Source of the DNA: Patescibacteria group bacterium
GTDB lineage: Bacteria; Patescibacteriota; Patescibacteriia; JACRDY01
NCBI GenBank assembly: GCA_041653535.1
Contig: JBAZFH010000002.1
Coordinates: 257,235-321,234, forward strand
Length of the DNA: 64,000 nucleotides
Direction: 5' to 3'
Part shown: in pieces, positions 8,989 to 17,991 of the stretch
Numbering within the stretch: the stretch's first letter is position 1
Layout: the number at the start of each line of letters is the position of its first letter
Translations under genes and position numbers: made by a program
Notes under the pieces: generated by a model
Databases searched by the model: none
What the model was told of the DNA's origin: nothing
The model's input: the letters and a program-made list of their open reading frames with translations, nothing else

Positions 8989-10014
8989 ATGACAACTTAT
9001 CGTACTACGCTTTTGGAACAGGCGGCGCAGTTGATTCTCATGTTGGGCGGATCCGATAAGGTTACCGCACTACTTGAGAGTCGGGAAGGCGCCAACTTCA
9101 AGTTTGGTCAATTCGATTTTGGTCAGCTTGAGGCGATTCTCAACAAGCTCATTCAGGCCGGGGTTGCCGATCAAGGCGTACTCGGTCAGCTCTTGCGAGA
9201 CGAGTTGGAAATTCAGCTTGTGTCGGCAATCAAAAAGTTTTTCGCCCAAAATGGCCGCCGCATTCCCAGGGGTTTGAAAGCGAACCACACTGACTCCAAC
9301 CGTAACTTTCATCTCGTTCAGCCCAATCTGGATATGGTGGAAGCCCTGGCTTTGCGCCTAGTTCGGTTTCAGGAGGCGCTCCAACCGGGGCTGATCATGT
9401 CGGCGGCGGATTTCCAAGGCAAGGTCAATGAGCTCCTGACGGCGCTTAGCGCCGACGAGCAGATCGCCAATCTGACCAGCGGCATCTGCCTGCCAATCAT
9501 CATGCCGCAGATCGAGAAAAAGAAATTCGACTACGGCAAGGTTCTTGAGCAGACTTTTGTCGCGGCGGCTAAGAAGGCTTATGAGAAAGAGTTCTCCGGT
9601 CGGCCGTTCAACAACTACCGCAAGGACGATTTGTTCGGCAAGGTGACAATCATCGACGACAGCCATCGTCGGCTTGTCGAGCGGCTCTTCCAAAGCCATC
9701 TGGTCGCCTTGTACTTCCCAAACCCGCTTCAGGGCTTCTCAGTCCATGCCGACCGTGAGCAGATGGAAGGTTTGCCGACGACCCTGCACCTCGCTGGCGG
9801 GTTCGACACCCTGTCCGCCGTCACCATGTATCCGGATGTCCTGGGTCGGGATTTCAATACCCCGGGTCTGGACATGGCCGCACTGGAATGGCAGGGTCCC
9901 GGCCGCTCGCTCCACTTCGGGGTCGGCGACGGCAACGCCGGCTTCGGCGACGGGGCGGGCCTCGGCGATGCCGACGCCCGCTGTTCCGGCGGGCTCGTGT
10001 TCTGCCTCGCGTAG
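8989..10014 (+). CDS. DGR target protein with C-terminal variable region (probably C-type-lectin-like fold)
   Basis: 3' end 9891-10009 matches the TR except at adenines; strong SD AAGGAGG; fold is inferred from known DGR targets. Confidence 0.9.
   Translation: MTTYRTTLLEQAAQLILMLGGSDKVTALLESREGANFKFGQFDFGQLEAILNKLIQAGVADQGVLGQLLRDELEIQLVSAIKKFFAQNGRRIPRGLKANHTDSNRNFHLVQPNLDMVEALALRLVRFQEALQPGLIMSAADFQGKVNELLTALSADEQIANLTSGICLPIIMPQIEKKKFDYGKVLEQTFVAAAKKAYEKEFSGRPFNNYRKDDLFGKVTIIDDSHRRLVERLFQSHLVALYFPNPLQGFSVHADREQMEGLPTTLHLAGGFDTLSAVTMYPDVLGRDFNTPGLDMAALEWQGPGRSLHFGVGDGNAGFGDGAGLGDADARCSGGLVFCLA
9891..10009 (+). repeat. DGR variable repeat (VR)
   Basis: 119-bp ungapped match to 10388-10506 with 23 mismatches, all opposite TR adenines. 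Confidence 0.95.
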
Positions 10015-10069
10015 CGCAGCCCTTGGGACTTGGTTTCCTTGTCCCTCGGCTTGGATCCTTGGCATCAGT

Positions 10070-10085
10070 ACCGCCGTTAGGCGGT
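10070..10085 (+). promoter_or_regulatory. GC-rich hairpin downstream of the VR (candidate DGR target-recognition hairpin)
   Basis: ACCGCC-GTTA-GGCGGT, preceded by CTTGG-rich repeats at 10021-10062. Confidence 0.55.
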
Positions 10086-10387
10086 CGCCACAAAATGGTA
10101 TTTCGGGGACGTATTCGTACGCCCCCTTTTCTTTTACAAAAAATCGGGTAGAATATACTTGGGAGTAGGTTAATGTATCTTAGTTCAAAAGATTAAGGTC
10201 ACCGAAACCTGGAATTTTTCCAATGTGCCAGAGTCCGATAGTTGCTATTTCGTGATTATCGGAGAGTGCACGGTAAAATTCTAAGCACTACTTGCCGGGC
10301 TCTAATGACCAACCTGGGTCAGAATAAAATACAGGGCGGATAGCAATATCTTCCCGGTGCTTATAGGCGGAGAACGGCAAAATTCTA

Positions 10388-10506
10388 GCAGGATCCCGAC
10401 CACTCGCTCAACTTCAAGGTCAACGACGACAACGCCGACTTCGACAACAGGACGAACCTCGGCAATGCCAACGACAACTATTCCGGCGGGATCGTGTTCT
10501 GCCTCG
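10388..10506 (+). ncRNA. DGR template repeat (TR)
   Basis: AAC/GAC-rich copy of the VR; non-coding in the target frame (TAG immediately upstream). Confidence 0.95.
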
Positions 10507-10525
10507 GTTATGCTTAGAAAAAATT

Positions 10526-10558
10526 CAAAAGTCCCTCTGCGGTGCAGAAGGACTTTTG
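10526..10558. terminator. hairpin between the TR and the convergent avd 3' end
   Basis: CAAAAGTCCcTCTGC-ggt-GCAGAaGGACTTTTG inverted repeat. Confidence 0.55.
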
Positions 10559-10561
10559 TTG

Positions 10562-10900
10562 TTATTGAACCGACTTTTGCCAACCACCAATCATTCTCCC
10601 AATTTCTTGAATTTGTTGTTGCAAGATAATGTACTTTTTATCCTCGAGTAGGTTTAAATCTTTGACAAGTCGGATAAATACTTTTAAGATGTCTAGTTTT
10701 AAACTGGCTTGCTGGATAAGTCGAGATTTGTCAGTCCGGACTCCTACGCTGGTAGCAATAAGCAGTTCCATGATCTCTAGGATATATTCCTCGCATTTAC
10801 CACCCAGAGCATATTTGTCTTTCTTCGGAAACAATTCCAAATAACCGTAAAAGATTTTGTACAGCTCATAAGTTTTTAAGATAATCGGCGTGTCTATCAT
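10562..10900 (-). CDS. avd: DGR accessory variability determinant (Avd, four-helix bundle)
   Basis: 112 aa with FPKKDKYALG...LDILKVFIRL...EIGRMIGGWQK, the bAvd signature. Confidence 0.9.
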   Translation of the reverse strand: MIDTPIILKTYELYKIFYGYLELFPKKDKYALGGKCEEYILEIMELLIATSVGVRTDKSRLIQQASLKLDILKVFIRLVKDLNLLEDKKYIILQQQIQEIGRMIGGWQKSVQ

Positions 10901-11978
10901 ATGGTTAAGAGTTTTGATGAATTAATTAGTTTGAAGAATATTTTTAGTTGTTGGCGTGATTTTAGGAGAGATAAAGCCAAGAAGCCAGATGTTATGGAGT
11001 TTGAACGATGTTTAGAAGATAATATTTTTAAGCTTCATAATGAATTATCCTCCGATTGTTATCGCCACGGTCCCTATTCCACCTTCCATATCTACGACCC
11101 CAAGCATCGAGTTATCAGTAAGGCGTTAGTTCGTGATCGTCTAGTTCACCACGTGGTTTTTAACGAGCTCTATCGTATTTTTGATCCCAGCTTTATTTAT
11201 CATTCCTATTCTTCCCGAGTTGCCAAGGGCACACATTTGGCGGTTCTCAACTTATTTCATTGCCTCCGCCAAGTTAGCCACAATTACACCCAAACCGTCT
11301 ATATCCTCAAATGCGACATCAAAAAATTCTTTTGGAGCGTGGATCACCAAAAACTCTTGGCAATAATCCAAAACAAGATTAAAGACGAGAAGTTTCTTTG
11401 GTTAATCAACGAGATTATTGGGAGTTTTTTATCTACGAAAATTGCTAAGGGGGGGGGCTTTAAAGGGTTTGCCTATCGGTAATGTCACCTCGCAAATTTT
11501 CGCCAACATATATTTAAACGAATTAGACCAGTTCATTAAACACAAGTTGAAAATCAAGGACTATTTTCGCTACGCCGATGACTTTGTTATCGTTCATCCC
11601 CAAAAAGAATTTTTACAGACCACCTTAACACGAATCCAAGAATTTTTACAAGAGGAATTATTACTAGAACTTCATCCCGGGAAAGTTTCGATTCAAAAAT
11701 TTATACAAGGCGTGGACTTTTTGGGCTATGTTGTTTTACCGCGATATATTGTTTTAAGAACCAAAACTAAAAAACGGATGCTAAAGAAGATCAGTTTGAG
11801 GAAACAAAAATTGGAACAAGGTCTGATAGCAAAAGAATCGTTTAATCAGTCGTTGCAATCGTACTTTGGGATACTAAAGCATTGTCAGGGACGTGAAATA
11901 GGGCAAAAAATTCTGGAAATAGCTAAATATTCCCAAAAAAACTCCTTCAAAAAATCAGTTACGGTGTTACTAGACTGA
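10901..11978 (+). pseudogene. DGR reverse transcriptase, frameshifted at a G9 tract (11449-11457)
   Basis: ORF1 (10901-11482) has DPKHRVI, RDRLVHH, SSRVAKGTH, KCDIKKFF; ORF2 (to 11978) has GLPIGNVTSQ, RYADD, GVDFLGY. Removing one G gives one ORF of about 358 aa. Confidence 0.9.
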
Positions 11979-12014
11979 ATTCGGAGATATTGAGGTAGTT
12001 ATCTATCTAAAAAT

Positions 12015-12045
12015 AAAAAAGGATGTATCAGATACATCCTTTTTT
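12015..12045. terminator. bidirectional terminator
   Basis: AAAAAAGGATGTATC-A-GATACATCCTTTTTT between convergent genes. Confidence 0.8.
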
Positions 12046-12053
12046 GGTTGTTG

Positions 12054-13109
12054 TTAAAACCGTAACGCGGAAGTTTCCGCGGCGGTTAAAAATTGACGTA
12101 GACCGTCAATGTCTCGGACACCGTGATTGTCGGATGAAACGCCGATGACCAAATGTCGTACTCCGTTGACCCACACTTCGGTTGGGTCGAAAAACGTGTC
12201 GATTAAGTTCGGTATGGCGGCGACAAAGTTAATCGGGTCGTATAGGTTGAAATTTTGGACATACGACCAGATGTCATCGCCGTCATTAATTGCGGGATCA
12301 ACGTCGCCGCAGAAGACTTTAACAAACCATTGGCGGTTTCGGTCGACCGGCAGCGTACCGCGAATTTTTGATTCGGGAGCGGAACAAGCCGCTTGCCATA
12401 GTTTTTGCAGCGCGGGCTTTTGCCGACCTTTTAAACAATCGCCGATAGGATTGCCCGTATTTTCCATATCGTCATAGACAGTAAGGGGAAATTGGCAGGC
12501 ATACGCTGCGTCTCGAGTGGTAATAATCATCGGAATTTTTAATTCTTGCAGTCGCCAGTACAAAAAAACAGCTGATTCGCGGTCGAATTCGTTGTTGTTG
12601 GCGTTATTGGGTGTCATCATGCCGCGAATGTCAAGTTTGATTTTTTTATTTTCGGTTTCGACGCCGCCCATAATAGCAACCTGGCGGATTTTTTGTGTAA
12701 ATAAAAATGGTTCTCGGTCTAACAATTCGGCCGCATCGGTCATACCTGATTGTAGCACCAAAATTACGTTTCGATCGCTGCTTTTTAGCAGAGTGGTTTT
12801 TAGGAGATCAAAACCGTTTGGCAACACCTCGCTTAAATCGGCAAGATAGGAAATTCGTGTTTCGTAAGGGTGGGTTTTTCCCTCAAAGACTGGCGTGCCA
12901 ACAGCAACAGGAACGCTGTCCAGGTCGAGCTGTTTGAGCATACCTTTGGCTATGCGAGCGCGTAAATGCGCCGGCGATAGATTGGCGACGACCGCTTTTA
13001 AGTTGATTATGCCTTGACGGGCGAGTCGGGCGGCGACAAGTAACGTGTGTTCATCGTCGAGGTCTTTACCAAAGTCGCCGATGATAACCAAGTTTGGTCT
13101 AGCAGTCAT
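12054..13109 (-). CDS. nucleoside-hydrolase-fold protein (XopQ/HopQ1-like D-x-x-K-D-x-DD motif)
   Basis: GDFGKDLDDE N-terminal Asp cluster; IMGG; N-x-x-F-D; LYDP near the C-terminus. Confidence 0.7.
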   Translation of the reverse strand: MTARPNLVIIGDFGKDLDDEHTLLVAARLARQGIINLKAVVANLSPAHLRARIAKGMLKQLDLDSVPVAVGTPVFEGKTHPYETRISYLADLSEVLPNGFDLLKTTLLKSSDRNVILVLQSGMTDAAELLDREPFLFTQKIRQVAIMGGVETENKKIKLDIRGMMTPNNANNNEFDRESAVFLYWRLQELKIPMIITTRDAAYACQFPLTVYDDMENTGNPIGDCLKGRQKPALQKLWQAACSAPESKIRGTLPVDRNRQWFVKVFCGDVDPAINDGDDIWSYVQNFNLYDPINFVAAIPNLIDTFFDPTEVWVNGVRHLVIGVSSDNHGVRDIDGLRQFLTAAETSALRF

Positions 13110-13121
13110 TTTACCTTCCCC

Positions 13122-13850
13122 TTATTTGTAACCTAGCTGGTGATACAACGCCAAGGCAATGAAGGATTTTCCGTCTTGAATGACGGAAGATAAGAGTCTC
13201 AGTTGCAATATCTGAAGGGTGATTTTTTCTCCTTCATTTGCAACACCGGTGATTTTGTTTTGCAGTTCTTGCATTTTTTTTCGGGTCATGACCAGTTTGA
13301 TCATGTAAAATTTTGCTTTTTCGTCGAGCATACCAGGGCTGAAATAAATCCCGTTGGCGCTCGCCGGAAGATTCTCGGTCATGTCGATTAATTCTTTTTG
13401 TCCGACAACCAAACCAAGTTCCTCGTATAATTCACGAGCTGCCGCGCCGGAAAAAGTACCGTTGTCGATCATGCCAGCGGGTAGCTCAGGCAATGCGATT
13501 TTGCCGGTAGCGATACGCGGTTGGCGAACCAAGACAGTAAAAATTTCGCCGTCCACATCAATAATCGGCAGCATGACAACGGTGTTGCCACGCAGTTCAA
13601 CGACCGCCGGATAGAGCAGGTTGGCACAGGTAACCTTCATCCGAATAAACAAGACGTTTTTCGCGGTCGCTTCTCCGCGAAAATCAACAGCTTGGATAAA
13701 GATGTGGGAAATTTTGAATTTCCGGCTCAGGCTATTTTTCCAGTTTTTGAAGATTCTGGAATTAATTGCCATTGTGGCTTCCGTAAAGTTCACGGCGACA
13801 GAATAAGATATTTCTACATCTTGGCGGTTGATTTTTACGATGCCTTGCAT
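13122..13850 (-). CDS. Nudix hydrolase, ADP-ribose/ADP-sugar pyrophosphatase-like
   Basis: ELPAGMIDNGTFSGAAARELYEELG Nudix box; QPR; SPG..DE; E.EKI. Confidence 0.88.
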   Translation of the reverse strand: MQGIVKINRQDVEISYSVAVNFTEATMAINSRIFKNWKNSLSRKFKISHIFIQAVDFRGEATAKNVLFIRMKVTCANLLYPAVVELRGNTVVMLPIIDVDGEIFTVLVRQPRIATGKIALPELPAGMIDNGTFSGAAARELYEELGLVVGQKELIDMTENLPASANGIYFSPGMLDEKAKFYMIKLVMTRKKMQELQNKITGVANEGEKITLQILQLRLLSSVIQDGKSFIALALYHQLGYK

Positions 13851-14186
13851 GCCTTTTCTCCTTTGTTTTTTCGATTTTTAATGGACTGGTAGTCAAGATT
13901 GTCAAAATCGTTGATTGCTAATATTACCAATAATTTGAAGGTTTTGTCAACATGCCGTATTGTTTACTATCGCGAAGAGGCGCTAGTTTTTCATTTTTTT
14001 ATAAACAAAGAATCCGTCTTTGTATATTTATAATATTTCTGTTTTCTTTGGCTTCCGGTTTGAGTAGTGTTGCTAATATGATTACTTTACTTAAATTGTT
14101 AATTGTGGTGAAAAGTGATAAAATTAAGCTATCAGTGTAACTTTCGTCGGTAGAAGTCGTCTTATATCGAGTACCTTGTCGTATTT

Positions 14187-15947
14187 ATGAAGGATAATAC
14201 TAAAAAAACAATATCGATTTATTGGCATAACCTTATGCAGTACAAAGGTTATGTTTTTGTTATGCTTTTTTCAGTGCTGGGTGCGTCTATAATAAACGTG
14301 ATTATCCCACTTTTTTTCAAAGATTTTTTTGATATTTTATCCAGTGGGCAAGAGCAGTCGGCGATAATCGATGGACTGATAAAGGTTTTAATACTGATTG
14401 GTATTTGGAGTTTAGTTCAATGGGGATTCTGGCGCATTGCTACTTTTACCGCCAGTTACTTTTATTCGAAGGTGATGATGAACATGACCAACTACTGTTT
14501 CGCTTATTTGCATAAACATTCCTTTTCTTTTTTTAACAACAATTTTGTTGGTTCTTTAACTAAAAAAGTAAAATGGTTTGTTAACGCTTTTGAAGATATT
14601 CTTGACCGTATCACTTGGAGCTTTCTGCCGTTGGTAGTAAATATCGTGGTTATTATATTCGTTTTGTACCGTCGTAGCTGGGCGCTCGCCGCCGGCATGG
14701 GTGTTTGGATAGTTTTGTTTATAATAGTTAATGGTTTTTTTACCAAATATAAACTCAAATACGATATCCAGCGTAGCGCTGCCGAGACCGAATCAACGGC
14801 AATATTAGCTGATACTATCACTAATCATAACAACGTTAAGCTTTTTAACGGTTATCAGCGAGAGATAGATAATTATAGCGGGGTTAATGAAAAATTAAGA
14901 AAATTGCGTCGTTGGACCTGGGATTTCGATAATTTTTTTGACGCGGTTCAAGGTTTGCTGATGACTGTTTTGGAAGTAGGAATATTTTATCTGGCAATTC
15001 GGCTATGGCAAAAGGGAGTTTTGACAGTAGGTGATTTTGTCTTGATTCAATCTTACGTTCTCAATATTTTTCAGCGCGTTTGGGATTTTGGTCGAATAAT
15101 CCGCGGTCTATATACGCGCCTTGCTGACGCTGAAGAAATGACAATAGTATTACAAACTCCGCACGAGGTGAGAGATTACCGCTACGCTAAGGACCTGAAA
15201 GTTCGTCAAGGTAAAATAGAATTTAAAAAAGTTGATTTTTGTTATCAAAAAACCAGAAAGGTTTTAGCTCAACTGAGCTTGATAATAAAACCGCACGAAA
15301 GGCTGGCTTTGATTGGTCCTTCGGGCGCCGGTAAAACCACGGTGGTCAAATTGTTGTTACGAATGCATGATTTGACCGGCGGAAAAATTTTGATTGATGG
15401 TCAGGATATTTCCAAGGTAAAACAAGAAAGCTTGTGGCGGGCAATCAGTTTGGTGCCGCAGGATCCAATACTTTTTCACCGGTCGCTGAGAGATAATATC
15501 GCTTACGGTAAACCAGACGCGACCGATCAGGAGGTGGTAGAAGCGGCAAAAGCAGCTCACTGTCATGAGTTTATTACTTCTTTTCCTGAAGGCTATGATA
15601 CTTTCGTCGGTGAGCGAGGAGTGAAGCTGTCCGGCGGTGAACGTCAGCGTGTAGCGATTGCTCGGGCAATACTGCGCAATGCGCCGATACTCGTTTTAGA
15701 CGAAGCAACGTCAAGTCTGGACAGCGAATCGGAAATACTGATTCAAGACGCTTTGGACAAATTAATGAAAAATAAAACCGTAATCGTAATCGCGCATCGA
15801 CTTTCGACGATACGAAAAGTTGATCGGATAGTGGTGATTGATGAAAAGGGAATAGTAGAAGAGGGTAGTCACGAACAACTGAGTAAAAAGCCAGATGGTC
15901 TGTATCACAAGTTATGGCAGCTGCAGGCCGGTGGGTTTATTGAATAA
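14187..15947 (+). CDS. ABC exporter, fused permease and ATPase (MsbA/Atm1-like)
   Basis: N-terminal TM domain; GPSGAGKT; LSGGERQR; LDEATS; IAHRLST. Confidence 0.92.
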   Translation: MKDNTKKTISIYWHNLMQYKGYVFVMLFSVLGASIINVIIPLFFKDFFDILSSGQEQSAIIDGLIKVLILIGIWSLVQWGFWRIATFTASYFYSKVMMNMTNYCFAYLHKHSFSFFNNNFVGSLTKKVKWFVNAFEDILDRITWSFLPLVVNIVVIIFVLYRRSWALAAGMGVWIVLFIIVNGFFTKYKLKYDIQRSAAETESTAILADTITNHNNVKLFNGYQREIDNYSGVNEKLRKLRRWTWDFDNFFDAVQGLLMTVLEVGIFYLAIRLWQKGVLTVGDFVLIQSYVLNIFQRVWDFGRIIRGLYTRLADAEEMTIVLQTPHEVRDYRYAKDLKVRQGKIEFKKVDFCYQKTRKVLAQLSLIIKPHERLALIGPSGAGKTTVVKLLLRMHDLTGGKILIDGQDISKVKQESLWRAISLVPQDPILFHRSLRDNIAYGKPDATDQEVVEAAKAAHCHEFITSFPEGYDTFVGERGVKLSGGERQRVAIARAILRNAPILVLDEATSSLDSESEILIQDALDKLMKNKTVIVIAHRLSTIRKVDRIVVIDEKGIVEEGSHEQLSKKPDGLYHKLWQLQAGGFIE

Positions 15948-16138
15948 AATTTTGTATAAAAAACCAACTCTTCTTAGTGTTGGTTTTTTTTGTTTATTCT
16001 GCTAAAACAAAAAGAGGTGATACTTCGTCGGAGCGAGAATTGACAATTTTTGTCTGTCCGGAGTAAAATAAAGGCGTTATTTATCAAGTAAATAACAGGC
16101 TAGTTTTTTTAAGAACAATAAACTAAGGAGGGGAGTTT

Positions 16139-17176
16139 ATGCTTTATCTACCTCACCCAGCAATGGTTTTGACCACAACCGGTTCGGACGTTTTGGCACA
16201 AGCCATTGCCGAAGAACTTAAACGACGACTGCCAACTGATTTACAGGCTGATCCTATTTTTGTTTCACCACAAGTGGTTCGGTTCTCTAATGACAATATT
16301 CAAGTGCAAGTGCCGAACGTTCGTGGTCATGTGGCAGTGATCGTACATACTCAAGTGCCGCCGGTTAATGATCATTTGGTGGAATTGTTTGAATTGATTG
16401 CCGCAGCGCGTGACGCTCGCGCTTACGACATCATGGTGGTTTTTCCGTACATGCCGTATGCTCGGTCGGATCGCAAAAATAAACCGCGAATTTCGACTAT
16501 GGGTGTGGTTTTGCCGCAGCTCATCGAAAACTTGGGAGTCAAGCGCGTTTTATTGCTTGATCCTCACGATACGCATATCAAGCACTATTTTCGACCGGGC
16601 GCAGATGAAATATCGGCGGTTTATCTGCTGATAGATTATTTGCAAAATAATTTTTTCACCACCACGCCCAGGGAAGAATGCACGTTGGTTTTTTCCGACG
16701 AAGGTTCGTCGAAACGTTTTGGTCATGTGTCGGGAATGTTGAAAATTCCCACCGCTCACATCGATAAAACTCGTTTGGATGATACCGAGCGACCTAAGGC
16801 TGAAATGATGATTGGTGACGTGCGCGGTCGGACGGCCATTATCATCGATGACGAAATTTTGACCGGTCGGACGGTCGAAGAAGACGTGGCGATTATTAAA
16901 GCAGCCGGTGCTGCCAAGGTGATCATGATTGCTATTCACGCACCGATGGATGATATCAAGACTTCAGCGACGGAAGTGATTAATCGTCTGGAGCGTTCGG
17001 CAGTGGATCAGTTTATTGTTACTGATTCGATTCCGATAGCCCATAAACTTGAACTAAGTAGTAAAATCAAAGTGCTGTCGGTCGCCGGTCTGCTCGCTGA
17101 AGCGATTAACCGTGAGGTGACCGATCAGTCACTGACCGAACTACATCAACTGGAAAACGCCGGTCTTTATCGTTAA
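16139..17176 (+). CDS. prs: ribose-phosphate pyrophosphokinase (PRPP synthetase) family, divergent
   Basis: PYMPYARSDRK, D-P-H, IGDVRG, IIIDDEILTGRT, VTDSIP. Confidence 0.85.
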   Translation: MLYLPHPAMVLTTTGSDVLAQAIAEELKRRLPTDLQADPIFVSPQVVRFSNDNIQVQVPNVRGHVAVIVHTQVPPVNDHLVELFELIAAARDARAYDIMVVFPYMPYARSDRKNKPRISTMGVVLPQLIENLGVKRVLLLDPHDTHIKHYFRPGADEISAVYLLIDYLQNNFFTTTPREECTLVFSDEGSSKRFGHVSGMLKIPTAHIDKTRLDDTERPKAEMMIGDVRGRTAIIIDDEILTGRTVEEDVAIIKAAGAAKVIMIAIHAPMDDIKTSATEVINRLERSAVDQFIVTDSIPIAHKLELSSKIKVLSVAGLLAEAINREVTDQSLTELHQLENAGLYR

Positions 17177-17338
17177 AAGTTACGACAAACCTCCTGATTT
17201 TAATGTCAGGGGGTTTTTAAAATCCGGCAGATCGCAGCCGGCATAGATGTATTTTTTAACATTGACTTTTTTTTGCAAAGGAGCTAAATTGTATAGCCAG
17301 CTTTTGACGAATAATGTTTTTTTCAAAGGAGGAAGTAA

Positions 17339-17857
17339 ATGAAAAGCGTTAAGGTGCTATCGGTGGTTTTAATTTTGGTGTTGGCGGCGGCTTTTTCGAC
17401 CGGTTGCGGTCGAACCCCTTCGCGATTTCTGGGCAAGGATTCGCGACAGATTTTGACAGTAGAAGGGATGGCGGAGTATATCAACACCAGCTTTGACTGG
17501 CGGCAAGACAGTACTGTCAAAGACGTTACTTTCAAAGCTCTCGACGGCTATGTCTATACGCGGGAGTTCAAAGACGCGCACATGTTTCAGGGCGTGATCC
17601 GTTGGGTGCCGTTTAATGAAACTGATTCAATCGTTCAGTCACGGGCACTTTCCCGTTGGGTCGGCGGAGTGGTTAATTTGCGTTTACCCGAGGACTGCGC
17701 ACAAGTGCTTGGTGTAGACGTTAGTTATTCTGGTTCCAATGAAAGAGTAAAAAATTTAGCCTATCGTTCAAACACCGGTCAGATTTTTGTCCGAGAATAT
17801 CGGGAAGGTCTAATCAATCGGCGTTTTGAAGGTTGGCTAGAGATAGTCGCAAAATAG
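17339..17857 (+). CDS. hypothetical lipoprotein with an internal two-fold repeat
   Basis: Lipobox STGC; VKDVTFKALDG.VY.REFKD resembles VKNLAYRSNTG.IF.REYRE. Confidence 0.7.
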   Translation: MKSVKVLSVVLILVLAAAFSTGCGRTPSRFLGKDSRQILTVEGMAEYINTSFDWRQDSTVKDVTFKALDGYVYTREFKDAHMFQGVIRWVPFNETDSIVQSRALSRWVGGVVNLRLPEDCAQVLGVDVSYSGSNERVKNLAYRSNTGQIFVREYREGLINRRFEGWLEIVAK

Positions 17858-17902
17858 CAAGTCAGTCGTAGATCCCGTGTTTAAAAAACACGGGATTTTT
17901 AT

Positions 17903-17950
17903 TTAACCAGATAAACCACCCCGCTGCATAGCGGGGCGGTAGTTCATTTA
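17903..17950. repeat. minimal fused copy of the hairpin-ended element at 8323-8747
   Basis: TTAACCAGATAAACCACCCCGCTGCATAGCGGGGCGGTAGTTCATTTA. Confidence 0.65.
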
Positions 17951-17991
17951 ATAACAAAAAAAGCCCCGTCGGGTGACGGGGCGGTGGTTTG

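Noticed and set aside
9674-10629. Several short ORFs overlapping the VR and TR
   Set aside because: By-products of the GC-rich VR and AAC-rich TR; the TR is best explained as non-coding.
10901-11978. RT as a group II intron or retron
   Set aside because: Short length, adjacent avd and an adenine-specific TR/VR pair identify it as a DGR RT.
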